DNA from: Candidatus Daviesbacteria bacterium RIFCSPLOWO2_01_FULL_39_23
Lineage (GTDB): Bacteria > Patescibacteriota > Microgenomatia > Daviesbacterales > UBA10151
Length of the DNA stretch: 64,000 bases
Direction of reading: 5' to 3'
NCBI GenBank assembly: GCA_001776935.1
Contig: MFDN01000005.1
Coordinates: forward strand, 2,505 to 66,504
Shown here: one piece after another, positions 8,359 to 17,881 of the stretch
Layout: every line of letters begins with the position of its first letter
How positions within the stretch are numbered: position 1 is the stretch's first letter
The notes under the pieces: model-generated
Told to the model about the DNA's origin: nothing
The model's input: only the letters and a program-made list of their open reading frames with translations
The model's database searches: none
Made by a program: the position numbers and the translations under genes

Positions 8359-8756
8359 AGTCAAGAGACAAGTATGAGAAACAACAACGGCTACAGAAAT
8401 TTAATCGCTTGGCAAAAAAGTAATCTACTAGCCCATTTTATTTATGATTTAACTGCAAAATTCCCCAAGGATGAGCTTTTTGGAATGACTTCACAAATGC
8501 GTCGCGCAGCTCTATCAGTTTGTGCTAATATTGCAGAGGGTTATAGCCGAAGAGGCTTAAAGGATAGAAGACATTTCTATCAAATGGCAATGGGATCTTT
8601 AACGGAACTGGAATTTTTTATTGATTTTGCTTATGAAAGAAAATTTATTAGTCATGTTGATTATGAGAAAATATTAGAGATACATATGGAAACAGCTCGA
8701 GTTTTAAGCGGCTTGTTAAAATCCACTTGACTCTAGACTCTAGCGACTAGTCACTA
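8342..8756. mobile_element. Four-helix-bundle gene bracketed by inverted heptamer arrays (AGAGTCA/TGACTCT type); mobility inferred
   Basis: Left TAGAGAC GAGGGAC TAGAGTC AAGAGAC; right CTTGACT CTAGACT CTAGCGA CTAGTCA. Confidence 0.6.
8374..8730 (+). CDS. Four helix bundle protein (23S rRNA IVP / Avd-like family)
   Basis: YRNLIAWQKS, FPKDELFGMTSQMRRAALSVCANIAEG. Confidence 0.92.
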   Translation: MRNNNGYRNLIAWQKSNLLAHFIYDLTAKFPKDELFGMTSQMRRAALSVCANIAEGYSRRGLKDRRHFYQMAMGSLTELEFFIDFAYERKFISHVDYEKILEIHMETARVLSGLLKST

Positions 8757-8758
8757 CT

Positions 8759-9739
8759 ATGAAAGCAACAGCCATTGCGCCGTCAAACATTGCTTTTACA
8801 AAATATTGGGGCCGCAAGGATGAAACCTTAAGATTGCCTGAAAATGGCAGCATTTGTATGTGTTTAAGCAATCTCCTGACCACTACTACTGTAGAATTTT
8901 CCCAAGGCTACCAGCAAGATGAAGTTACCATCAACGGAGGGGGGCTTGAGGCGGGTGAAGCTAAGCGGATTATCAAACATCTGGATAGAATCAGAAAACC
9001 GGCTGGCATTGACCGGAAAGCCAAAGTGGTATCAAATAATAATTTTCCCACTGGTACAGGTCTTTCTTCATCTGCTTCCGGTTTTGCCGCTTTAACTCTT
9101 GCTGCCAGCAAAGCCGCTGGTTTAGAGCTATCCGAGAAAGAATTATCAATACTGGCCCGCCAGGGCTCCGGCTCAGCTTGCAGATCTATCCCTTCAGGGT
9201 TTGTGGAATGGTTGGATGGAGACACCTCTGAGACTTCCTACGCTATCCAAATCTTCCCTCCTGGCCATTGGGCTATCATAGACATAGTGGCAGTTGTCTC
9301 AGAAGGAAAAAAAGAAGTTCCAACTTCGCAAGGAATGCAAAAAACACATTCTTCTCCATTTATGGCTGTCAGACTTTCCAAAATGAAAGAAAAAAATGAA
9401 AAAGTCAAAAAACTTATCAAAGAAAAAAATTTCAAAGAATTTGGGGAATTACTGGAACAGGAAGCCTTAGAACTTCACACCATTATGCTCACTCAAATTC
9501 CTCCGCTTATTTATTGGACTCCCGGGACTTTAAGGATAATGAAATTAACACCCTTTTGGAGACAGGAAGGAATACCTGTTTATTTTACCATCAATACCGG
9601 ACAGGATATTCACTTAATTTGTGAGTCAAAAAATGTTGAAAAAGTTAAATCCAAATTATCAGGGCTGGATTTTGTCAAAGATATTATTGTTAATGCTCCC
9701 GGAGAAGGCGCCAGACTTTCAAAAACCCACCTTTTTTAA
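8759..9739 (+). CDS. mvaD: Diphosphomevalonate decarboxylase
   Basis: NIAFTKYWG, NNFPTGTGLSSSASG, ARQGSGSACRS. Confidence 0.92.
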   Translation: MKATAIAPSNIAFTKYWGRKDETLRLPENGSICMCLSNLLTTTTVEFSQGYQQDEVTINGGGLEAGEAKRIIKHLDRIRKPAGIDRKAKVVSNNNFPTGTGLSSSASGFAALTLAASKAAGLELSEKELSILARQGSGSACRSIPSGFVEWLDGDTSETSYAIQIFPPGHWAIIDIVAVVSEGKKEVPTSQGMQKTHSSPFMAVRLSKMKEKNEKVKKLIKEKNFKEFGELLEQEALELHTIMLTQIPPLIYWTPGTLRIMKLTPFWRQEGIPVYFTINTGQDIHLICESKNVEKVKSKLSGLDFVKDIIVNAPGEGARLSKTHLF

Positions 9740-10252
9740 AAGTTTCAAACCTTCCAAAGCCCATGGAGAATAGTTTTGCGGATTTTGTTCCATATCAGCA
9801 ACAACCTGCTGTTTATCCACCCATTTACATTCATAAGCTGTGTCCGGATTAAGGTCTATTTCCCCGTTATATTCCCCTACAAGCAAGGCATCATGTTCAT
9901 TTTCGCAATATTCCCCGAATTTGGCAAAATAATTAAAAAATCCCATATTCTTAAGAGGTATTTTTCCCTTAATGCCATACTCAACCTCTAAACTTCTATA
10001 TGTGGCCTCTTCCAAACTCTCACTGGTGCCGTCATTTTTGCGCAAGGGATGAGTTGAAGCTGTAAAATCCCAGATATTGTCAAAAATTTTATGCTTTCTC
10101 CTTTGCAAAAGCACTTGACCTTTGGAATTAAAAAGAAGCACGGTAATGGCCAAATGCCTTTTTCCTTCTCCGCTGTGTCCTGTCTCTTTTGGGATATATC
10201 CCAAAAAACTACCATTATCATCTACTGCTAAAATTGTTTGCCTCTTGCTCAT
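9719..10252 (-). CDS. idi: Isopentenyl-diphosphate isomerase type 1 (NUDIX fold)
   Basis: HLAITVLLFNSKGQVLLQRR, ENEHD; start moved to ATG 10252. Confidence 0.85.
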   Translation of the reverse strand: MSKRQTILAVDDNGSFLGYIPKETGHSGEGKRHLAITVLLFNSKGQVLLQRRKHKIFDNIWDFTASTHPLRKNDGTSESLEEATYRSLEVEYGIKGKIPLKNMGFFNYFAKFGEYCENEHDALLVGEYNGEIDLNPDTAYECKWVDKQQVVADMEQNPQNYSPWALEGLKLLKKVGF

Positions 10253-10262
10253 GAGGAAAATT

Positions 10263-11036
10263 TTAAACCCGGCCCTCCAATAAAGATATAACCAAATATA
10301 CAACAAAAACTCCTGAAACAAGCATCACAGTTTCCCAGAAAGCAATTTTTTGGTTCTCCCGCAGATGTATTTCAGGGATCAAATTGGCAACCGCAATATA
10401 GATAAAAAATCCTGAGGTTAAAGCTAAAACTGCCGGCAATAATCCTTGTAAAAAATCTTTTGCCAAATAAGTTAATATTGCACCCCCCAAAGCTGCCGCT
10501 GCGCTGTACAAATTAATCCAAATCACCTTTTTGCGGGGAATTCCTTTATTCAACATCAATCCAAAATCTCCTATCTCCTGCGGGATTTCGTGGGTTGCAA
10601 CAGCCAAAGATGTGACTATTCCCAAAGGGATGCTTACCAGAAAAGTAGCTGCTATAGCCACTCCGTCAATGAAGTTATGCAGGCTGTCGCCAATGATCAA
10701 AAGCGGCACGACTGCTTCTTTGTGTTCATGATCTTTTCCGTGATCATGGTGATTATGATGACTATGGTGATGAATAAATCTTTCCAAAAGAAAAAATATT
10801 AAAATTCCAATTAAAGCCCAAAGGAAAATATTGGCCCCCCTTCCGTCTGCTGCTTCCTGCGCCTCCGGCAAAAGGTCAAAAAATGCGGTCCCAAGTAAAG
10901 TTCCTGCTGCAAAGGATGTTAGAAAATGGGAAATTTTAATGGTGAATTTTTCTTTAATAAGGAGCAAAACTCCCCCAATCAAAGAAACTATGCTTCCTAT
11001 TAAAGTAAAAATAATAATATATCCCAGGGTTTCCAT
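10263..11036 (-). CDS. ZIP family metal transporter
   Basis: His-rich loop, HNFIDG, HEIPQEIGDF. Confidence 0.93.
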   Translation of the reverse strand: METLGYIIIFTLIGSIVSLIGGVLLLIKEKFTIKISHFLTSFAAGTLLGTAFFDLLPEAQEAADGRGANIFLWALIGILIFFLLERFIHHHSHHNHHDHGKDHEHKEAVVPLLIIGDSLHNFIDGVAIAATFLVSIPLGIVTSLAVATHEIPQEIGDFGLMLNKGIPRKKVIWINLYSAAAALGGAILTYLAKDFLQGLLPAVLALTSGFFIYIAVANLIPEIHLRENQKIAFWETVMLVSGVFVVYLVISLLEGRV

Positions 11037-11102
11037 TCCTCAATGATAGATGCAACTCAGTCGCAATGCAACAGGATTAAAACTGTATAAAGGGGTAAGA
11101 AG

Positions 11103-11918
11103 TTATATTCCTAACGCGCTTTTTATTGCCGGTTCCATGTCTGCATAACTGTATGCGCCGGAAAACGGAGTTGTATTAATATAAAATCCGGGGGTTCCTG
11201 AAATGCCAAGACTTTGGGCAAGCGCTGTATCCTCTGCTAATTTACCGTCATATTTACCGCTGTCAAGACAGGCTTTCATAGCAGCCGGATCAATAGCTTC
11301 TTTCAAAAAGTCCGCAATCTCTCCTGATTTGCTTTTATCATTTTTAACAGCCGTATTTAAAACATCATACCCTTTTGAATTCATCAGTAAATCATGCACT
11401 TCCCAGAATTTACCCTTTTCAAAAGCACAATACATTGCCTTTGTTCCCATTTCTCCATTACCATGACCCGGTGTGTAAATCCAGGCAAAAGATGCTTTAC
11501 CCTCTTTAACCAGCCTTGCTATCTCAGGAACCGGGGCCACATATGTTCCCCCATCAGAAACAAGAGTAAAACGGGAGCCTATTTCTTTATTTAAGGAAGG
11601 ATTTTTTCCGGCGGCCACATGGCAAAACGGACAAGACGGATCAGCTGCTTCTATTACAATCAACTTTTTGTTGGCATCTCCAAATTTAATCAAACTTTTG
11701 GCAAACACATCTTTTACCTGTTCAATCGTGGCTTGCGGTTGCTGAGGCGCTTGCTGTTGCTGCGCAGCCGGTGAAGGCTGAACAGTATTGGTTGTTGTAT
11801 TAGTTGCCTTAGGGCCTATTTTAATTATTCCCCCGCTGATTAACACAGAAACAGCAATCAACGAACATCCTGCAATGATAGCAATCGGGGTAGTTAAAAA
11901 TGGTTTCGGATGCTCCAT
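11103..11918 (-). CDS. DsbA-family thioredoxin-fold protein
   Basis: N-terminal TM, CPFC motif, GISGTPGF. Confidence 0.88.
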   Translation of the reverse strand: MEHPKPFLTTPIAIIAGCSLIAVSVLISGGIIKIGPKATNTTTNTVQPSPAAQQQQAPQQPQATIEQVKDVFAKSLIKFGDANKKLIVIEAADPSCPFCHVAAGKNPSLNKEIGSRFTLVSDGGTYVAPVPEIARLVKEGKASFAWIYTPGHGNGEMGTKAMYCAFEKGKFWEVHDLLMNSKGYDVLNTAVKNDKSKSGEIADFLKEAIDPAAMKACLDSGKYDGKLAEDTALAQSLGISGTPGFYINTTPFSGAYSYADMEPAIKSALGI

Positions 11919-11966
11919 CAGACTTTAAGTCTAAAGATAAAAAGCAGTCTTGTCAATATTTAGAAA

Positions 11967-12055
11967 GGAGCGAAGTCACAAACTAACAAAAAAAATAAAA
12001 CACAAGCGAGTAAGTCTCTACCGTACGAGCGATTTTTTGTAGTGTGACAAGCGAC
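11967..12055 (+). repeat. Structured dispersed repeat, family B short copy
   Basis: GGAGCGAAGTCAC...GTGACAAGCGAC ends, AGCGAG..CGAGCG core. Confidence 0.7.
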
Positions 12056-12058
12056 ACT

Positions 12059-12652
12059 TTAATTAAACTGCCTTTGAGCAGCTTCTAATCCCTGATCAAA
12101 TATTATTTCAATTGCTTTAAGCGCCTGTTTGATCATAGATTTAACCTCTGATTTATCTTTTGTCAAAAATTCTTCAGTAACAAAGTTTTCTGCGGAAAAA
12201 GAAATTCTCTTGTGCTCGCCACTGTGGGATTTCTCATTTCCTATCCCCAGCCTCACCCTGATAAATTGATCAGTACCAAGCGTATTAATAATTGACTCGA
12301 CTCCGTGATGTCCGGCTCCTGACCCACCCAGCCTTACTTTAATTTTTCCCAAAGGTAAATCCAAATCATCATGGATAATAATCAGATCAGTAGTATGTAT
12401 ATTGTAGTATGCAGTAAGCATCTTTACAGCTAAACCTGAGTTATTCATGTATGTTTGCGGCTTAACAAGGGTTAAGGGTGAAGCGAAAAGGGTAAAGTCT
12501 AGTAATTCAGCCTTAAATTTCTTTTCAAATTTCCAACTTTCGCCTTGCCCCTTTACCTTTTTCCCTAGCTTATCCACCACCACAAACCCCAAATTATGCC
12601 GGGTATTTTTGTATTTTTCACCCGGATTTCCCAAACCTACCACCAGTTTCAT
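12059..12652 (-). CDS. pth: Peptidyl-tRNA hydrolase
   Basis: VGLGNPG, TRHNLGF, KPQTYMNNSG, HDDLDL. Confidence 0.96.
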   Translation of the reverse strand: MKLVVGLGNPGEKYKNTRHNLGFVVVDKLGKKVKGQGESWKFEKKFKAELLDFTLFASPLTLVKPQTYMNNSGLAVKMLTAYYNIHTTDLIIIHDDLDLPLGKIKVRLGGSGAGHHGVESIINTLGTDQFIRVRLGIGNEKSHSGEHKRISFSAENFVTEEFLTKDKSEVKSMIKQALKAIEIIFDQGLEAAQRQFN

Positions 12653-13425
12653 TTAAGCGCCTCCAGAATTTGGTTGTGTATTAAACCATTAGAAGCAACA
12701 ATAGACAATCTTTCTTTAGTCCAATCAGGATTATTACCTTCAAAATCTGTCACAACCCCTCCGGCTTCTCTAACTATAACCACACCTGCTGCAAAATCCC
12801 AAATCCAGGCCTGGCAGATATATGCTTCCAGCACACCCTTGCCGACTAACCCCAGCGTTGCAACCCCTGAACCAAACGAGTAAGGATAACCGACTTTATT
12901 TATGAGGGGACTTACATATCTTTCTACTTTCTCCAGTCTTTTATTTTTATGTCCGAAATCCATACTGCAAGCTGCCTCTCCAAGGGTATTTATTTTACTG
13001 ACATGGATTTTTTCTCCATTTAAATAGCTTCCCTTTCCTGCCTCTGCCCAATAAAGCTCATTAAAACTTACAATATTAATAACCCCTAAAACAGGTTTAT
13101 TGTCTTCCAGCAGGCCTATGGAAACAGAATAGTAAGGAACGCCATGCGCAAAAGAAATAGTCCCGTCCATCGGGTCAATCACCCAGGTATATTTGGAATT
13201 TTTACTGATTCTACCGCTTTCTTCTGCAACAATATTATGGTCAGGAAAATCTTTGGTTAAAATACTGATAATTTTTTCCTCTGCCTTCAAATCTGCATCT
13301 GTTGCAAAATCAGTTACATCCCCATATTTAATATTTTTCCGGTAGGTTTGGCTGGAATATTTTTGGATAATTTCCCCTGCCTCTTTAGCAGCCTGTTTTG
13401 CTATTTTTAAAAAATCATTTTCCAT
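12649..13425 (-). CDS. Inositol monophosphatase family protein
   Basis: AEES, WVIDPMDGT, WDFAAG. Confidence 0.92.
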   Translation of the reverse strand: MENDFLKIAKQAAKEAGEIIQKYSSQTYRKNIKYGDVTDFATDADLKAEEKIISILTKDFPDHNIVAEESGRISKNSKYTWVIDPMDGTISFAHGVPYYSVSIGLLEDNKPVLGVINIVSFNELYWAEAGKGSYLNGEKIHVSKINTLGEAACSMDFGHKNKRLEKVERYVSPLINKVGYPYSFGSGVATLGLVGKGVLEAYICQAWIWDFAAGVVIVREAGGVVTDFEGNNPDWTKERLSIVASNGLIHNQILEALK

Positions 13426-13443
13426 AATCTAGTCAATCTCAAA

Positions 13444-13586
13444 AGCGAGTCGCGAGTCTATCAAAGCAATCTGAAGATTTTATGTGCAGATAATCATCAT
13501 AAAATCTCCACATAGCGAGGCTAGAGAATATTGTAAATGTTACAGATATTACTAGCCGAGCGGTGCTTTGTGACCGCGACGAGCGA
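13444..13586 (+). repeat. Structured dispersed repeat, family B copy 2
   Basis: Shares CCGAGCGGTGCTTTGTGACCGCGACGAGCGA with 3404-3550. Confidence 0.85.
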
Positions 13587-13610
13587 TCATTACTTTTGTG
13601 ACGAGCCATC

Positions 13611-14228
13611 TCAATTTAGTAATTGTATCACTTCCTCATCTTCTACAGGCTCAAATTGATAATAAAATTGGCCGACTGATTGGAAATATTCCGGTACTTC
13701 CAACACTATACACTCGCTTGCCTCATTTTGTACCTTTTCCAAAGCCTCTGTACTGGCAACAGGCAAAGCCAAGATCACCTTTGCCTCATGTCTTTTTAGG
13801 AACTTTAAAGCAGCCAAAACTGTTGCGCCGGTAGCCATACCATCATCTACTAAGATGACTGTTTTAGTGTCTATATCAAGAAATTCTTTACCTTGACGAT
13901 AAAGCTCTTCCCGTCTTTTAATCTCCTTTATTTCGTCATCAATTTTCAATTTTAAATTTTCAATTTTCAATTTAAATTGCTTTAGCAAGTCCTGATCCCA
14001 GACTGCTTCTCCCTCAGGGTCAATTGCCCCTAAAGCCAATTCCGGCTGGTCCGGTGCGCCGATTTTTCTGGTAATTAAAACATCCAAAGGTAAATTTGAT
14101 TCTTTGGCAATTTCATAAGCCACCACCACCCCGCCTCTTGGTATTCCTAAAACCAAATCGGCTCGAAAGTCTTTCAATCTGTTAGCTAATAATTTCCCTG
14201 CAGACTGCCTATCTTTGAAAAGCTTCAT
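13611..14228 (-). CDS. Phosphoribosyltransferase family protein
   Basis: GIPRGGV, RKIGAP, VILVDDGMATGAT. Confidence 0.9.
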   Translation of the reverse strand: MKLFKDRQSAGKLLANRLKDFRADLVLGIPRGGVVVAYEIAKESNLPLDVLITRKIGAPDQPELALGAIDPEGEAVWDQDLLKQFKLKIENLKLKIDDEIKEIKRREELYRQGKEFLDIDTKTVILVDDGMATGATVLAALKFLKRHEAKVILALPVASTEALEKVQNEASECIVLEVPEYFQSVGQFYYQFEPVEDEEVIQLLN

Positions 14229-14235
14229 GGATTAA

Positions 14236-14347
14236 ATTAAAAATTAAAATTTAAAGATCAAAATGACATATTAAAATTAAAAATGTTTTCTAAATCTTTA
14301 CATTTTACATTGTCATTTTACATTTTAATTTTTGATATTTGATATTT
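14236..14347. repeat. AT-rich inverted heptamer element
   Basis: A-rich periodic arm followed by TTTACAT/TTGATAT periodic arm. Confidence 0.6.
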
Positions 14348-15661
14348 CTAATCAAACAGCCCCAACTGCGGCACTCCTTCTGCTTCTTTAACCGACCCTT
14401 CTCCGTGGTTCCAGATCTTAACTACTCCATACACCCCGTCATACCCCGGATCAATCACCACCTCCCCTTTCCTTACTTTTTCCACCCCCTCTGCCACCCT
14501 GGAATCCGATACTTTTACAATTTCTGCTGTATCAACTTTGGTTAAAATCTTTATTTCCGATCCTAAAACACCAGTTAACTTTTTATATTCATTTAAGACT
14601 TTTTGGGTTGTTGGAGCAGTCCCAAAAGCTTCTGCAATCACTTGCAAAAGCGGCACTAACATTCTATATCCAGCTCTATTTGGAAAAGCTTGAGTTTTAA
14701 TTAACCCTTTGTCATTTGAAATTTGTAATTTGTCATTTCCTCGCGAAGCGAGACTTTCCACCCTTTCCATCACCCCAACAGTTAATCCCCTGCCGCAAAC
14801 AGGGCACTTGGTACCTTTTGCTTTAGTATCTTTTGGTGAGTATTTTACATTGCAATTTCTGTGCCCTGTATAATGGTATTTGCCTTCCTCAGGATGAAAT
14901 TCTATAGTACCGGCAATCTTTTGCTCTTTAATGGCTTCAAATAACCCCAAATACCCTGTTTGCACTTCTCCTCCAATTACTGTTGCTTCTCTGCCTAAAT
15001 TCGGCAAAGAATGTGCATCAGAACAGGATATTATTGACCTTTGATCCAACTCAGAAATTCTCCAGTTCATGGCCGGATCAGAAGAAAGCCCGGTTTCTAC
15101 GCCGTATATATATTCTGTTAAATCCTCAAAGCAGTCCTCCAGGCTGTCATATCCTGACTGGGAACCAAACACCCCAAACCAGGGAGTCCAAATGTGAGCC
15201 GGAATAAAAATAGCTTTTTGGTCTGTCTCAAGACACATCCTTAAAAGCTCTTTGGAAGGGATACCTACAATCGGACGTCCGTCAGAGGATAAATTGGCGT
15301 GTTTAGCAAGCAAAGCTTTTTGCAATTTTTCTGCTGACTCAAATGAGGGCAAAATTATGACATTATGAATCCGGCACCCTGCGCCTTTATGGGAATAAAT
15401 AGAAGCCACTTCCACTGTTAGGACAAACCTGACTTCATTTCCAGCCAGAGGCTGGTCGTCCTTTGGACGAAAGAATCCTGAGCCGTCTTCTTTTAACTGG
15501 CTTTTTAATTCTGCAAGCCAAAGAGGATGCAGAAAATCTCCTGTCCCCAAAACATCAATCCCCTTAAGTTTTGCCCACATGGCTAAATTAGGAACATTTA
15601 ATTGGGGTGAGCAAGCCCGGGAGAATCTGGAGTGAATATGCAAATCTGCAATATACGCCAT
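14348..15661 (-). CDS. Endonuclease Q family protein (PHP domain, Zn finger)
   Basis: ADLHIHSRFSRA, PAHIWTPW, ETGLSSD, SDAHS, GKYHYTGHRNC, CPVCG. Confidence 0.88.
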   Translation of the reverse strand: MAYIADLHIHSRFSRACSPQLNVPNLAMWAKLKGIDVLGTGDFLHPLWLAELKSQLKEDGSGFFRPKDDQPLAGNEVRFVLTVEVASIYSHKGAGCRIHNVIILPSFESAEKLQKALLAKHANLSSDGRPIVGIPSKELLRMCLETDQKAIFIPAHIWTPWFGVFGSQSGYDSLEDCFEDLTEYIYGVETGLSSDPAMNWRISELDQRSIISCSDAHSLPNLGREATVIGGEVQTGYLGLFEAIKEQKIAGTIEFHPEEGKYHYTGHRNCNVKYSPKDTKAKGTKCPVCGRGLTVGVMERVESLASRGNDKLQISNDKGLIKTQAFPNRAGYRMLVPLLQVIAEAFGTAPTTQKVLNEYKKLTGVLGSEIKILTKVDTAEIVKVSDSRVAEGVEKVRKGEVVIDPGYDGVYGVVKIWNHGEGSVKEAEGVPQLGLFD

Positions 15662-15693
15662 GGGCTGATTCTATCATACCAGTAAAAAATTAT

Positions 15694-15791
15694 GCGAGGG
15701 GTGGCAGCGAAGAGGGGATCCCGGCGCGTAGCCGGAAGAGCGAAGCGATCGAGGATGCACGACGGGAAGCCGAGCTGACAGGACCCCGAGC
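15694..15791 (+). repeat. GC-rich structured repeat, family C
   Basis: GCGAGGGGTGGCAGCGA...GAGCTGACAGGACCCCGAGC; homolog on - strand at 43505-43641. Confidence 0.85.
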
Positions 15792-15834
15792 ACATACTGT
15801 TAATGGTTTTGCGCACCGACGAGCCGCAAAAAAG

Positions 15835-17673
15835 CTACTTCTTGTATTGCTGCTTATACATCTCTATTAACTCTTTCACAGTTGTTGCATCCTCAGCTTT
15901 TTTGTCCGCTTCCCTAAATTGAACAAGTCTTGGAAATCTCAAAGCATAGCCGGGTTCTGTCTCTGTTTTTCCTGCAGTATGCACCGGCGAACGGGTTATT
16001 TCATCAGCCAATACCTCTATAACAAGTCTTGGCTCCACCCAAACACTGGGAATGATTAAAGAATTCACCCTGGCCGGCTTACTTTTTACTTTTAACTTTT
16101 GACTTTTTACTTCAATACCCCTCCACTCCTCATCAGAGAGTCCTGTGCCGATTTTAGAAACTGTCACAAATTCGTCTTTTTTATCATCATAAACTCCCAC
16201 CAAAAGCGACCCTGCCCCAAATCCCGATCTTTTGCCTTTACCAAAAATATATCCCAAAATTACACAATCTATAGTATCTTTTAATTCCCCTGAAGAATGC
16301 CTTTTTAGTTTAACCCAGTTAAAATTCCTGGCTCCTGCTTCATATTTTGAGTCAGGTCTTTTAACCACCAATCCCTCAAGCCCCAAAGATATTGCCTCAT
16401 CCAAAAGATCCTGCAATCTTTGCGCTTCACTCACCATCTCCCCTTCTTCCACTACTAAAGTGTCTCCATCTGCCACTACAGCTTTTAGCTCTTTTAATCT
16501 TTCAGTAAGCGGTAAATCAATTAAAGATATCCCATCTTTATATAAGATATCAAAACAAAAAGCCCTCAGAGGAATCTTTTTTGTCATTTCTGCGATTCCA
16601 TACTTTCTGCGTCTTTGTGTAGTCTCCTGAAAAGGCAAAAACTCATCCGAAGCAGGGTTATAGCCTATGGCTTCACAATCCAAGATGGCTGATTTTGCTT
16701 TAATTTGTTTTATTGCCCCTTCGGCAATTTCCGGAAACATCGGGGTAGTTTCTTCCAGGTTTCTCGAAAACAATCTTACTGTCTGATGACTGACAGCTGA
16801 CGACTGACGTCTATCTATGTGTATTTGTACCCTAAAACCATCCAATTTTCTTTGGGCATTTACTTCTCCCAGCTTTTCAATTACTGTCTTGCCGGAAGGT
16901 AATCTTTCAGCAAGCTGCGACCGAATCGGCCTGCCTACTTGTATTTCCAGCTTTTCTACAGCTTCCAATCCGCCCTGCCATAAAGTTTCTCCAATTAAGC
17001 CTAAATCAGATACCCTGTTATAGCCTCCCTCTAAAAGTTTACGCTTTGACCTGTCCCCCAGCTTTAATTTGGCAAAAGCATCCAAAATAGTCGGGTCTCC
17101 GATCCCTAAACGGGAAACTCCCAAAGGAATCCTGACTAAATGCTTTGCAGACACCGCATCCATTTGTTTTAATAGTCCTACCAAAAGTTGTTGTTTTTTC
17201 TCTACAGTTCCCTCCCCTGTTGTTTTGGCAATCTGAGTTAGAATATGAAACACCTGACTTACGTTTAATTTGTCATTCCGATCCGCCAGCAACTGCGTAG
17301 CTGTGGGCGGAGAAGAATCTCTAGATTTACTTTTTGAATCTTGAGATCCTTCGCTACGCTCAGGATGACACTTTATATCACTAAGTTGCTGGACTACTAA
17401 TCCCAAATCCCCTACTTTTCCATATTCTTTTAAAACTTCTTCCCTCCCGATGCCGTAGGCTTTGGCAATACTTGCAGCCACTGTTTTTTCTGCCATCCCC
17501 ATTTCCAAAGGTTCATAAAACGGAGCAACTCTGCCTTGAATTAAATAGGAAACTTTGCCAATTTCTTCTGTTTTAATTTCTCTAAACAACTCGGTTAAAA
17601 TATCAATCAATAAAAGCCTTGAGGAAGTTGCTTCTAGTTTTTCAAAATATTCTGCTAGTTTAGAAAATAACAT
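15835..17673 (-). CDS. lig: ATP-dependent DNA ligase
   Basis: KLDGFRVQIH, EGLVVK, WVKLK, ALRFPR; start moved to ATG 17673. Confidence 0.93.
   Translation of the reverse strand: MLFSKLAEYFEKLEATSSRLLLIDILTELFREIKTEEIGKVSYLIQGRVAPFYEPLEMGMAEKTVAASIAKAYGIGREEVLKEYGKVGDLGLVVQQLSDIKCHPERSEGSQDSKSKSRDSSPPTATQLLADRNDKLNVSQVFHILTQIAKTTGEGTVEKKQQLLVGLLKQMDAVSAKHLVRIPLGVSRLGIGDPTILDAFAKLKLGDRSKRKLLEGGYNRVSDLGLIGETLWQGGLEAVEKLEIQVGRPIRSQLAERLPSGKTVIEKLGEVNAQRKLDGFRVQIHIDRRQSSAVSHQTVRLFSRNLEETTPMFPEIAEGAIKQIKAKSAILDCEAIGYNPASDEFLPFQETTQRRRKYGIAEMTKKIPLRAFCFDILYKDGISLIDLPLTERLKELKAVVADGDTLVVEEGEMVSEAQRLQDLLDEAISLGLEGLVVKRPDSKYEAGARNFNWVKLKRHSSGELKDTIDCVILGYIFGKGKRSGFGAGSLLVGVYDDKKDEFVTVSKIGTGLSDEEWRGIEVKSQKLKVKSKPARVNSLIIPSVWVEPRLVIEVLADEITRSPVHTAGKTETEPGYALRFPRLVQFREADKKAEDATTVKELIEMYKQQYKK
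17271..17370. repeat. TGTCAT...ATGACA element, in-frame in the ligase
   Basis: Read as CHPERSEGS...PPTATQLLADRND. Confidence 0.9.
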
Positions 17674-17684
17674 AAAAACCTCTC

Positions 17685-17812
17685 TGTCATTCTGATCCGC
17701 CAGCAACTGCGTAGCTGTGGGCGGAGAAGAACCTCCCACGAATGTGGGTATTAGGTATCCAGAATAAATCTGGAGATCCTTCGTCCCGATTAAATCAGGA
17801 CTCAGGATGACA
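17685..17812. repeat. TGTCAT...ATGACA element, intergenic
   Basis: Same arms and the same 30-bp TCCGCCAGCAACTGCGTAGCTGTGGGCGGA cassette. Confidence 0.9.
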
Positions 17813-17881
17813 TTTGCGGTATCTGGATTGTATTAAATTCAGAGAGTATTGTAAAATAAATCACAGATACTTTTAACTTAT

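Noticed and set aside
183-8730. Diversity-generating retroelement suggested by the Avd-like genes
   Set aside because: No reverse transcriptase and no TR/VR pair with adenine-specific mismatches is visible in the window.
15607-15870. 87-aa ORF similar to a PolA segment
   Set aside because: The similarity comes from the family C DNA repeat, and the ORF overlaps genes at both ends.
17674-17739. N-terminal extension of the ligase (likewise 3447-3554, 10253-10321, 47739-47933)
   Set aside because: These extensions run through repeats or neighbouring genes; family similarity begins at the downstream ATG.
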